From contig NW_003314364.1 of the NCBI RefSeq assembly GCF_000143415.4, positions 531,857-595,856 on the forward strand: a stretch of 64,000 bases of DNA, given 5' to 3'. This stretch comes from Selaginella moellendorffii (taxonomy: Eukaryota; Plantae; Lycopodiophyta). Every line of letters starts with the position of its first letter. The first letter of the stretch is position 1. The notes below the pieces were generated by a model. The model worked only from the letters and a program-made list of their open reading frames with translations, made no database searches and had not been told where the DNA came from. The translations under genes were made by a program, and so were the position numbers. Shown piece by piece: positions 51,634-63,396 of the stretch.

Positions 51634-54600
51634 ATGGCCTTCAGGGTTGGGGAAAAGGTTTACATTTTGAATGGTGGGAAGAGAGTTGCAAAAGGGACCC
51701 TTGTGTCTATGGATCGGAACTTTGTTATACACTGTCAAAGGCTTGGGGAAGGCAATGCTGCTGTATCAGTAGAGACTGTCTTCGATGGGAATGTGGTTGC
51801 TATTGAACGAGGAGAGATGGTCGTCGGGGTAAATGTTGTTGTTGCCTTGAAAAATCTTCAGAAGAAAGCAGATGTTGGGGACAGCGCAAGTGCGACGCAT
51901 GTTCCCTCCGTGGATCTTAAGAACCGTGCTACATGGATTCAGGCAAAGGTGTTTCTAAACAACCCCGAGGGGGAGGTGGTAGCTGAGGGCTTAGCCACAG
52001 TTGTCGGTCCAAGAGATGCGGTTGCTAATCAAGATTTAGAGGTTGTTGACACAGAAGAAAATAGTCTGACTATTGGAAGCATTGTGCGGTGGAAATTGAG
52101 GCACTTAGTGTTTGAGAATGTGAAGGATTCACAATCAAACACCACTACAACTGATGACAGAACATCTCTTCATGGGAAAAGAAAGTACACCTTCCTAAAG
52201 CGCAGCCAAAGGGATCTGAGCAACGAACCGAAAAGGCAGAAAATGGCGATGGAGGTTCGAATGGTCTCGACAGTTGCTTGTTGCAAGAGGAGGTGCTGTC
52301 AACATGCTGATTGGGATGCTATTGAAGAGGAGAGAGCAAGATACAAGACATTGTCCTGGAAGGCATCTCGCAATTTTGTGTATGAGGCATTACCGTCATC
52401 TGTTGATGCTTCAGAACATCAGGTGGGGGGCATGGTCTTCCAGAGGGGTTTGGTCTGCATGAAGGCATGGAGAATCATTTATGGAGTCCCTCGAACCACA
52501 TTCTACAGAATCAAAACTGAGTTCGAGGAACAAAGGGTTCAACAGGCAGTCCATGGGAACGACGGTACGCACAAAACCAGGGGTCATGTTGTATATGGAG
52601 AGGCAATCTTCAAGAGGTTTGTCGAGACATGTAGCGAGCAGCAACCACATAAAACCCGCCTCTTGGAAGATGGAACACGAGACACCCAACGAGTTCTCCC
52701 TTCCATTTATACCAAGGGGGCCATATTGGAAGATGTGAATCGGGAACTCCAGAGTAATGGCTACAGGAAGCTGAACCAATCTAGATTTAGTAGATTGTGG
52801 AGCAACAGGTTCAGGGATGTGAGTATAGGAAAGTACTCCAGCTTTTCAAAGTGTGACGAGTGCACTGCTATCAAAATGGCTTTGTCGAAGAATTCTTGCA
52901 GCGCTCAAGAGCGAGAGACGTTGGTTAGAAGGCAGCTCGACCACAACATCGAGCAGAGAAGCTGCAGGACTGCATATTATCATAACAGGATTCTCTCCAT
53001 GGAGAGACCTGACTCTTACCTCTGCATCATCCACGACAAAATGGACCAGAAAAAGACGTGCTTACCTCGACTCAATCCTGCCCCCAAGGCAATCTCTTCA
53101 TCCATGCAGCTGCCTGTGTCTCTGTTTGGCATAATCGCTCATGGGCATGGTGCCCAGAACTATGGGAACTTCTTTGTACCTCTATGGGGTGGCGGGGGTG
53201 CAAACATGATGATTGCGTCCCTAGCAAAACACTTAAGGTCTCTGCAAAGTGCGCAGACTGAGCTGAACGGCCAACCCTTGCATAAGGCCCTTGTCGATCG
53301 AACCCCATACAGGGTTCAGCTGGAGGAGGAGCAAAGGCTTGTAGTATCGCGTGGGGCCCCATGCCATCCCAGTGAATATGTTGGCCGTCAGATTGTAGGG
53401 TTATCACGTGAGGCCTCATGCCATTCCGACGAGGCTGGTCGCCCGGTGAATGCACAGCCTCATCCAAACGAAGCAGAATCTCAAGGAAGTTCTTGCGGCC
53501 GATGTGGCCTTCCACCCCATCTTCTGCTCCAAACAGACAATGCTGGCAGTGAGAACAAAAACATGTACGTCTTCGCGTACTTGGCGATGCTTGTTGCCAA
53601 AGGCATATTTGAAACGGTTACACTTGGCTTTCTCATGGTTGGGCACACTCATGAAGACGTCGATGCCATGTTCAGTCACCTGGCAGAGTCCCTCCGGCGA
53701 TCCAATGTCCTCACCCTCCCACAACTCTACGATGAATTCCAAAATTGCATCAAAGGCACTGTTGAAGCTGCACTTCTGACAGAGGTTCTAGACTTTAAGG
53801 GGTTTGTAAGAGGCTACATCAGGGACGGATCCGAAACGCTGATTGGCCACTCCAAGCCTCTTTAGTTTCATTTCAGCATGTGTGACGGTGCTCCAGTGAT
53901 GAGGTACAAGATGAGAGAATGGGACACAGTGTGGCTGCCAGTGGACGGCATTGAACTCTTCAAGAGAGATCCCATAACTGGGGAACCTATGATTCCTCAG
54001 GGTTCCCCACGGCCGATGCACCCGGATGGACTCAAAGACCAGGAAAGTATAGTGGCCAGGATTAGACAGCATATTGCCTTCTGGAAGAGGGGGTTGGTGT
54101 TTGGTGGAGAATCCTATTTTCAGAGGTGCAAGCCTTTGCTCAAATACTGGGAGAAGATTATATCTGCTATCCAAAATGGGCCGGTTGTATATGAAGAATT
54201 GGAAGAGTCCTTTTGGCCAGAACCCAGAGCACCAGATAGTAGCGGAACAATGTCCTTTGGAAATGCAGTGATAGATAACGATGTTGAGGATCACTATTGT
54301 GGGCCAAGGAACAAGAAGCTGGATTCAGCATTCAATCCAGTACAGGTCTGCAAAGGAATGGTCGTGCTTGTCAGACCCAGTAATAAAAAACAAATGATAT
54401 GGGTGGGGCGCTGCATCACTGATGCAGAGGAGGACGCGGAAACTAACTCCTTCAATGTAACTGTGGAGTGGTTCAAGCCAAGTTCCAGATATACGAACGA
54501 TTGCCTAGAAAAGAGATGGGTGCTGAATCCAAGGGATCCCAGCATGAGCATATCGGTGGATAATGTTGTGCATGGTTGGATGCGGAAGCAGAGTGCCACC

Positions 54601-54672
54601 ATCACCTTGCCAGACCATGCAAGAGATGCAGCAAGAGCATTCATAACCCGGGTTCAAGGTGAGATTCATTAA
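51634..54672 (+). pseudogene. Sola-like DDD transposase, about 1010 codons with one in-frame TAG (53863-53865)
   Basis: ORFs 51634-53865 and 53878-54672 share a frame. Motifs KCDEC, IIHDKMDQ, LQTDNAGSENKN, FLMVGHTHEDVDAMFS and HSKPL*FHF. It lies inside matching TIRs with a 4-bp TSD. Confidence 0.8.
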
Positions 54673-55367
54673 TATTCCTTTACTAAGTTTCTAATGTATT
54701 TTATTTCAAGGTGAACAATCCGAATCTAAATCAGAGGAGGCGTGATGGCATGTGGCCTTACGCCATTCCTAGGTGAGATGATACAAATAACAAGTATAAA
54801 TTCTTAGTTGTTCTAGCAAATCTTACTTAAAGTTCAAGGTGAACAAGCCGAATATGAATTCATCGGATTGTTATAACAAATTGCGAGGTGATGGCATGAG
54901 GCGATACGCCATTTGAGAGTGGTAGCCATTCCTATATGAGGTGAGTGAAGTATTTATTAGAAATACCTCATTCAATTATGCACTTCTAAGTCTTGGTCCA
55001 CTTAGTACTGTTTGCATGTTTTTATTTTAATTCTTTCTCTAAAATGTTATTTAGCATGTGGCTTCATGCCATTGCTCTCCACAATCATGCATTGAATTTC
55101 TATCCTTGCATAATACTTCTCCATATATATAGCATGTGCGCACATGTGATATGGTTCATTAGGCCTGATATAGTGTGTGAGGTAAAACAAAGATGATGTG
55201 ACATATGCATTTACCAATCACACGTGCATAAATCTAATAATATGGCGTGTGGCCCATATTAATGGCACATAAACCCATATTGTGGGCTTACGTGCTTTAT
55301 GTACCATCATTCCCTTGCAGCGTGTGTGTTGGTTTCCTTTTATAACACAACGAACTCCATATTTTAG

Positions 55368-55641
55368 GGTGAAGAGCGTTCTCATGGCAAGCACAAAATC
55401 TGTAAGTGAGGCAGAAAAGGAGACGGAGAAGGAGATAGGTGAAGATGTAGAATATATAAGTCTTCCAAACTCCCCGTACTATACTCCAGGTGATCATTTT
55501 TCTGAACAAACGGCAACATTAACAACTATCGAGAACGCCCCAGTAACGTCAGAGACAACAATCCAAAGCAAAACAACTGACCCAGAGAAGGATGATAGTA
55601 CCGCTGAGAGTACCAAAAAGGAGGTGTCCACTAGCGCTTAG
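55368..55641 (+). other. Possible acidic, Thr-rich exon or small ORF inside the transposon
   Basis: Open, codon-like purine-rich stretch (MASTKSVSEAEKETE...) after a TTTTAG acceptor-like site in AT-rich flanks. Confidence 0.3.
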
Positions 55642-58600
55642 GCTTATAATGGCGTGTGCCCTCATGCCATTTACTTGATCACCAAATACCTTTTTTCCCT
55701 TTGCACTAGTATATCTTAATACCGGTCTGAGAAATAGAATGGCATGTGCCCTCAGGCCTTTTACTAAATCACCTTTGAAAGAAATGCAAGCCTCTATGTC
55801 GTAAAAAAAAGGTACTAGAGAAATTCCTTAATAATATGAATGTTATTTAGTTTCATGAAAATACACTAAGGGTCAAATGAGTTAAATGACTTCTCCAGAC
55901 TAGCAATGCCTCTTGCTACACCTTCACAATTAGATTCGTTAGAAAAAGATAACATTGAATAATATCTAAATGTTCTCACCATTAAGTTATATGTCTGGCT
56001 AATAGGAATGATGTTCATCTTGGAAAGCTCACCACACGCTCAATGAACAAACAAATAGTGTGTGCGCGCATGCCATCGCTCTTCTTTAGCTTCAGATTCG
56101 GCTTGTTCACCTTGACAATGAGATTTATTATACAACCAGATGGACTCAGTCTGGACATAAAGTCACCGCGCTAGTCACCATGCCCCAGATATGTCTAGCT
56201 CCTGGACAAAAAACATATAATTTCACATCATTTTCAAATACTTGAAAATTTGTACCTAGTCCCATTTTACTAAATAAATCCCACTTTAACGAAATAGAGC
56301 ATAGATCCCAAAGTCGTTCCATTATTGGCCCTTTTCTATCCACCACTTCACCTACAAGTTCACACGTAAACTGTAATGGAGAGCCATGTCTTCCCGACCT
56401 GCTACTCCTCAAAGATAGGCCCACTCCTCGGACCTTCTGATGCAAACACTAGTGGTGATATACTTGAGCACCAATAAAAGTCAGACTAAGGAACAGCTCT
56501 GATACCAAGTTGTAAGCGACTAAATTCTCCATTTTACTTTAGTCACTTAACCACACCTCTGACCACTTGGAGGAGTCTCATTCACAACCTCCATAAGTCC
56601 AATTCAGGACTTGGGACTTGCCAGCCCCAAGAATGGCTATCATGCCACTCAACACTTGCACCTGGTCCAAGTGCTCCACGTGTCCGATCCCATGACCGAC
56701 ACCCAAAGGTACCACTGACATGGCAGCCTGTTACGCTAGGGCCATGCCCAATCACCTTTGCCACACTAGTAGTCCAATACCACTTGCATCACAGTCTTGG
56801 CTCTCCAAGACTAGGCAAACCATCCATGAGTGGTCATCTCAGATCCACTCCTTAGCATCCTTAGGATGCCCACCGACAAGGGGAATAGCCTTCCCCAATA
56901 TCCCTCTGTCAGTCCCCACTAAGTCCCTTTCTGCCCCTGGCCATGTTTGCCAACACTGCCACTGGATCGGGCCCACAGGCCCAACCACTAAGTCCCACGG
57001 TCCTCTGGGACTTCCTCACCACACGACTGTGTCCTTGGTCACTGCCCCAGAAGACTACTCCTCTTCCTTTCCACAATCTGGGCCTTTGGGACAACATTTC
57101 GGAACACCGTGGCCTTATGCGAGCCACCTAGGTACTCTCCCTGCCTTCCGCCCTTGGGTGCTTTAGCCATGGGCTTAGAGCAAGGTTCCCTTGGCCCCCG
57201 CCTAGTTTCCAAGTAGGGGGGGCCCCCCCCCCTTGGACGGGGAGCATTGGCCCGTCGATTCCCGGGGGGAACAAGAGCCGGTTTTTGAACACTTCCCCAA
57301 GGTACCCCGCTGGGGGGGCCGGGTTCCCTCTAGTTTGGGACTTCCCCGGGGTCAGTTCATCCCCCAACCCGGGGTTTGGCCTTCCGGGGCCAAAAGGGCC
57401 TTTCCGGGGGAAACGGGCCCCACGGGGGTCCAACCCCCACACTTTCCCTAAAAAACTTTTGGAAACCCCGGGAGGCCCCCCCCCCCCCCCCCCCCCTTGG
57501 GGGACGATCGCTTTGGGCTTTCACCCAACTGCCTGTATTAGTATTCGGACTTGGACTCGGACTCGGTCTCGGTCCCGATTTCGGACTCGGACTCGGTCTC
57601 GGTCTCGGCCTCAGTCTCGGTTCCATCTCGGACTCCATCTCGGGTCCATCTCGGACTCCATCTCGGACTTCATCTCGGGTCCATCTCGGACTCCATCTCG
57701 GGTCCATCTCGGACTCCATCTCGGACTCCATCTCGGACTCCATATCGGACTCCACTTCGGGTCCATCTCGGACTCCATCACGGACTCCATATCGGACTCC
57801 ACTTCGGGTCCATCTCAGACTCCATATCGGACTCCATATCGGACTCCATATCGGGTCCATCTCAGACTCCATATCGGACTCCACTTCGGGTCCATCTCGG
57901 ACTCCACTTCGGACTCTATATCGGACTCCATTTCGGGTCCATCTCGGACTCCACTTCGGGTCCTTCTCGAACTCCAACTCAGGTCCGCCTCGGACTCCAT
58001 CTCAGACACTTCCACGTGTCATGTGTTGGTCCTTTTTGGGTCCGTTTTTGGAGCCTTGCTTATTGGTTGCCTTGTGCTTGCTCCTCGAGCACTTTGTTGG
58101 GAGTTCCACTCTCGCTCTCGACCTTCCAAGGCAGAGCTTTTAGTCCAAATGTGTTATGCTTGTTTGGCTTTCGCTTCGGCCACTACCACATGGCATCCTT
58201 TCCGGCTCCACTTTGAGGCCTAGGGATTTTGTGTCTCACACTCGGGTCCATCTCGGACTCCATCTCAGACTCCATCTCGGGCTCCACTTCGGACTCCATC
58301 TCGGACACTTCCACGTGTCATGTGTTGGTCCTTTTGGGTCCCTTTTTGGAGCCTCGCTTATTGCTCGCTTCATGCTCGTTCCTTGAGCACTCCGTTGGGA
58401 GCTCCACTCTCGCTCTCAACCTCTTAAGTCGGAGCCTTTTAGTCCAAACGTGTTACGCTCGTTTGGCTTTTGCTTCTGCCACTACCACGTGGCACCCTTT
58501 CGGCTCCACTTTGGGGCCTAGGGATTTTGTATCTCACACGAGATCGAGCCCGAGTCCGAAACCAGGACCGAGACCGAGTCCGAGTCCGAGTTCGAGTCCG

Positions 58601-60950
58601 AGTCCAAGTCCGAATACTAATACAGGCAGTTGGGTGAAAGCCCAAAGCGATCATCCCCCAGGGAGGGGGGGCTGCGGGGGGTTCCAAAAGTATAGTAGGG
58701 AGAGTGTGGGGATTGGAACCCAGTGGAGCCAGTTTGGCCAGGAAGGGCCAGTTTGGCCTAGGAAAGGCCAGTTTGGCCCAGGAAGGCCATACCCAGTGTT
58801 GGGTGATGAACTGACCACTGGGGAGTCCAAGACTAGAGTGAATATGGACTGACAATCGGGGTAGCTTGGTGAAGTGTTCAAAAGCCGACTCTAGTTCCCC
58901 TAGAAGATCGAATGGTCGATGCTCCCAGTCCAAGTGTGGGTGGCACTACCTACTTGGATACCAGGTGTGGCTCAACGGAACCTCGCTCTAAGCCCATGGC
59001 TAGAGCACCCAAAGGCGGAAGGCGGGGAGAGTACCCATAAGGCCTGCGTAGGGCCACGGTGTTCCGAAATGTTGTCCCAAAAGCCTAGATTGTGGAAAGG
59101 AAGAGGAGTAGCCCTCTGGTGTAGTGACCAAGTATACAGTCGAGTGGTGAGGAAGTCCCAAAGGACCGTGGGACTTAGTGGTCGGGCCTGTGGGCCTCGA
59201 TCTAGTGGCAGTGTTGGCGAATACGGCCATGGGCAGAAAGGGACTTGGTGAAGACCGGAAAAGGGATTTTGGGGAAGGCTATTCCCCATGTCTGCGGGCA
59301 TCCCAAAGATGCTAATGAGTGGATTTGGAATGATCACTCATGGATGGATGGCCCAGTCCTTGAAAGATGGGACTGTGATGCAGGTGGTGTTAGACCACCG
59401 GTGTGACCAAGGTAAAGGGACATGGCCTTAGCGTAACGGGCTGATATATTGGTGGTACGTTAGGGTGTCGGTCATGGGACCGGACATGTGGAGCACTTGG
59501 ACCAAGTGCAATGGTTAAGTGGCATGGATGCCATTCTTGGGGCTAGCATGCCCCAAGTCCTAACTGGGATTTATGGAGGTTGTGAATGAGACTCCTCCAA
59601 GTGGTTGGAGGTGCGGTTAAGTGACTAAAGTAAAATGGAAAAATTAGTCGCTTACAACTTGGTATCGAAGCTGTTCCTTAGTCTGACTTTTATTGGTGCT
59701 GAAGTATATCACCACTAGTGCTGGCATCGGAAGGTCCTAGGAGTGGGATTGTCCTTGAGGAGTAGCAAGTCGGGAAGACATGGCTCTCCACTACAGTTCA
59801 CGTGTGAACTTGTAGGCAAGGTGGTGGATAGAAAAGGGCCAATGATGGAACGACTTTGGGATCTTGGGAACAGTATAAGGGTTTCCTCAGAGAGTTGAGG
59901 ATGTGATCCAGATGAGTGTTTGACTTAGCAAATTAGCTGATGTAGTTGTGGTAAGCAACTACAGTTGAGATCACGGGCTCCAAAACAGTAAAGGAGTCAC
60001 AAGATTACCCTTATATGGTTGAGGCTGGTACTCATAAATTTGAGACCGGAATTTTTTACCGTGGGAGGTCAAATACAGAAGAGGACACCAGTCCTTGAAA
60101 TGGTAGTTGGGGCTACCTTTAATCAATGCTAGAACAACCCAAGGAGTTGGGGGTGTACTTAAAGATGAGTTGCTATTCTCATCACATGGACAAGTAGTCA
60201 TAAGGGGCAAAGGTTAGCCCCAAGAAAATCATCAAGTGTTAGAGTAACACTTGCAAAGATTGTCCTTCTGAGTAGGACATGAATACAAAAAGTTGTATTC
60301 CAGTGAGTTGGCACCTCTAAGACTGAGACCTCGCAGGTTGTTGGATTAGCAAAGTCCAAAATGTTGGATGACTCAAGCAGAGTTAGGGAATGGTCTTAAG
60401 GGATTGGTTGGAGCATTTGAACTGAGGTGTATGGTGCCCCATGAGGTATGGGGAGGATCATAAGATCCAAGTATGAGAACCATAGGTATCTCATTGATGG
60501 CAGAATGTGCTATACTAAAGTTGTGGGAAAGATGTTCTCAGAAGAAAGCAACTTTGGCCCAAAGTTGGGTGCAAACACTACGGTGCGGTGCTAACGGATA
60601 GTTACCATGAGGAACAACTATATTGGTCTTGGCAAAAACCTAGACACTAATAAGTAGTGTCATAAGGGTAGGCTCGTGGGGCCGATGGTGTAGAGACACC
60701 AAATGTGCCAAGGTGTGATACCTTGAGGTTATTCATAAGAACCCCTTGCCAAGGGAGTCCGAGATGGAGTCCGAGATGGACCCGAGATGGAGTCCGAGAT
60801 GGACCCGAGATGGAGTCCGAGATGGAGTCCGAGATGGACCTGAGATGGAGTCCGAGATGGAGTCCGAGATGGAGTCCGAGATGGAACCAAGAACGAGACT
60901 GAGACCGAGACCGAGACTGAGACCGAGATCGAGTCTTAGTCCGAAACTGG

Positions 60951-61050
60951 NNNNNNNNNNNNNNNNNNNNNNNNNNNNNNNNNNNNNNNNNNNNNNNNNN
61001 NNNNNNNNNNNNNNNNNNNNNNNNNNNNNNNNNNNNNNNNNNNNNNNNNN
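60951..61050. other. Assembly gap (100 N)
   Basis: Run of N. Confidence 1.
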
Positions 61051-61071
61051 CGTTATTAGACTCTTCGCCTG

Positions 61072-62717
61072 ACACTTGGAGGAGTCTCATTCACAACCTC
61101 CATAAGTCCAATTCAGGACTTGGGACTTGCTAGCCCCAAGAATGGCATCCATGCCACTCGACATTTGCACTTCGTCCAAGTGCTCCACGTGTCCGATCCC
61201 AGGACCGACACTCAAAGGTACCACCGACATGGCAGCTTGTTACGCTAAAGCCATGCCCAATCACCTTTGCCACACTGGTAGTCCAATACCACTTGCATCA
61301 CAGTCTTGGCTCTCCAAGACTAGGGAAACCATCCGTGAGTGGTCATCTCAGACCCACTCCTTAGCATCCTTAGGATGCCCACCGACAAGGGGAATAGCCT
61401 TCCCCAATATCACTCTGTCAGTCCCCACTAAGTCCCTTTCTGCCCTTGGCCGTGTTTGCCAACACTGCCACTGGATCGAGGCCCACAGACCCGACCCCTA
61501 TGTCCCACGGTCCTCTGGGACTTCCTCACCACACGACTGCGTCCTTGGTCACTGCCCCAGAGGACTGCTCCTTTTCCTTTCCACAGTCTGGGCCTTTGGG
61601 ACAACATTTCGGAACACCGTGGCCTTACGCGAGCCACCTGGGTACTCTCCCCGCCTTTCGCCTTTAGGTGCTCTAGCCATGGGCTTAGAGCGAGGTTCCG
61701 TTGAGCCACGACAGGTATCCAAGTAGGTAGTGCCACCCACACTTGGACTGGGAGCATCGGCCAGTCGATCTCCCGAGGGAACTAGAGCCAGCTCTTGAAC
61801 ACTTCACCAAGCTACCCCGCTTGTCGGTCCGTATTCACTCTAGTCTTGGACTTCCCAATGGGCAACTCATCACCCAACACTGGGTCCGGTCTTCCTGGGC
61901 CAAACTGGCCTTTCCTGGCCAAACTGGCTCCACTGCAGTCCTCCCCCCACTATACTTTTAGAGCTCACCAAACCCCCCAGGGTCTGGGAGACGAACGCTT
62001 TGGGCTTTCACCCTCTGAGGCTCCGGACTCGGACTTGGACTCGGACTCGGACTCGGACTCGGACTCGGACTCGGACTCGGATTCGGACTCGGACTCGGGC
62101 TCGGGCTCGGTCTCGGTCTCGGTCCCGATCTCGGTCTCGGTCTCGGTCTCCATCTCGGACTCCATCTCGGACTCCATCTCGGACTCCATCTCGGGTCCAT
62201 CTCGGACTCCATCTCAGACTCCATTTCGGGTCCATCTCGGGTCCACCTCGGACTCCATCTCGGACTCCATCTCGGGTCCATCTCAGGTCCATCTCGGACT
62301 CCATCTCGGACTCCATCTCGGGTCCATCTCGGACTCCATCTCAGACTCCATTTCGGGTCCATCTCGGGTCCACCTCGGACTCCATCTCGGACTCCATCTC
62401 GGACTCCATCTCGGGTCCATCTCGGACTCCATCTCGGGTCCATCTCGGACTCCACTTCGGACTCCAACTCGGGTCCATCTCAGACACTTCCACGTGTCAT
62501 GTGTTGGTCCTTTTGGGTCCCTTTTTGGAGCCTCGCCTATGGCTCGCTTCGTGCTCATTCCTCGAGCACTTCGTTGGGAGTTCCACTCCCGCTCTTGACT
62601 TTTCAAGTCAGAGCTTTTGGTCCATACGTGTTATGCTCGTTTGGCTCTCGCTTTGGCCACTACCACGTGGCGCCCTTTCCGGCTCCACTTTGGGGCCTAG
62701 GGATTTTGTGTCTCATA
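61072..62717 (-). mobile_element. Family A LTR (minus strand), young-looking and CpG-rich
   Basis: Complete motif order, ending GGGATTTTGTGTCTCATA. Confidence 0.85.
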
Positions 62718-63396
62718 GCAGGGAGAGTACCTATGAGGCTCACGTAGGGCCACGGTGTTCCAAAATGTTGTCCCAAAGGCCCAGACTGTGGAAAGGAAAA
62801 AATGCAGTCCTTTGGTGTAGTGACCAAGGATATAGTTGTATGGCAAAGAAGTCCTAAAGGAATGTGGGTCTTAATGGTCGGGCCTATGGGCCTCTATCCA
62901 GTGGCAATGTTGGCGAACAGGGCCATGGGTAGAAAGGAACTTATTGGGGATCAGAAAAGGGATATTGGGAAAGGCTATTCCCCATGCCTGTAGGCTTTAA
63001 GGATGCTAAGAAGTGGATCTAGGATGATCACTCGTGGATGAATGGCATAGTCTTTGAGAGATAGGACTATGATGTAGGTGGTGTTAGACCACCGGTGTGA
63101 CCAAGGTGAATGGGCATGGCGTTAGCGTAGTAGGCTGATATGTTGGTGGTACCTTGGGGTGTCGGTCATGGGATCAAACACATGGAGCACTTGGACCATG
63201 TGCAATGGTTGAGTGGTATGGATGACATTCTTGGGGCTAGCAAGTCCCTAAGTCCAAAATAGGACTTACGGAGGTTGTGAGTGAGACTCCTCCAAATGGT
63301 CAAAGGTGTGGTTAAGTGACTAAAGTAGAATGGAAAATTTAGTCACTTACAGTGTGGTTAAGTGACTAAAATAGAATGGAAAATTTAGTTAGTTAC
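62718..63396 (+). mobile_element. Family A LTR 3' part ending at 63351, then GTGTG and a second 40-bp LTR terminus (63357-63396)
   Basis: ...AGTCACTTACA-GTGTG-GTTAAGTGACTAAAATAGAATGGAAAATTTAGTTAGTTACA. Confidence 0.82.

Larger units (their letters stand above)
44991..56302 (+). mobile_element. 11.3-kb TIR DNA transposon, Sola-like, with a second (cargo) gene
   Basis: TIRs AAGCTCTATTTCGTTAAAGTGGGA / TCCCACTTTAACGAAATAGAGCAT (23/24) and 4-bp TSD AGAT (44987-44990, 56303-56306). The empty site TTCCCAAGATCCCAAAGTCG is visible (reverse complement) in the sister element at about 59851-59870. Confidence 0.92.
43683..58538 (-). mobile_element. Minus-strand family A element (internally deleted, composite LTR 56511-58538) hosting the Sola-like transposon
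   Basis: 5-bp TSD CGAGA at 43678-43682 and 58539-58543; reverse-complement PBS GCTCTGATACCA at 56496-56507; a second LTR start at 58239. Confidence 0.82.
43367..60752 (+). mobile_element. Family A element whose 5' LTR (43367-43682 plus 58544-59656) is split by the 43683-58538 insertion; PBS at 59660, partial internal region
   Basis: LTR start TGTGAGACACAAAATCCCTAGG; it resumes after the TSD and ends CGCTTACA-ACT-TGGTATCGAAGC. Confidence 0.8.

Noticed and set aside
53863-53865. Programmed readthrough or U-to-C editing of the transposase TAG
   Set aside because: A simple C-to-T mutation is sufficient; the equivalent stop in the HAD gene is CAG in the other copy.
45087-55760. Palindrome copies or the 15385-15552 hairpin array as a CRISPR array
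   Set aside because: Spacing is irregular or the units are simple tandem repeats without unique spacers. There are no cas genes and the context is eukaryotic.
57180-57500. Apparent G/C hypermutation of an LTR segment producing 200-300 aa ORFs
   Set aside because: The changes mostly extend homopolymer runs, typical of low-quality read ends. 17000-17290 shows a similar texture. Raw reads would be needed to revive it.
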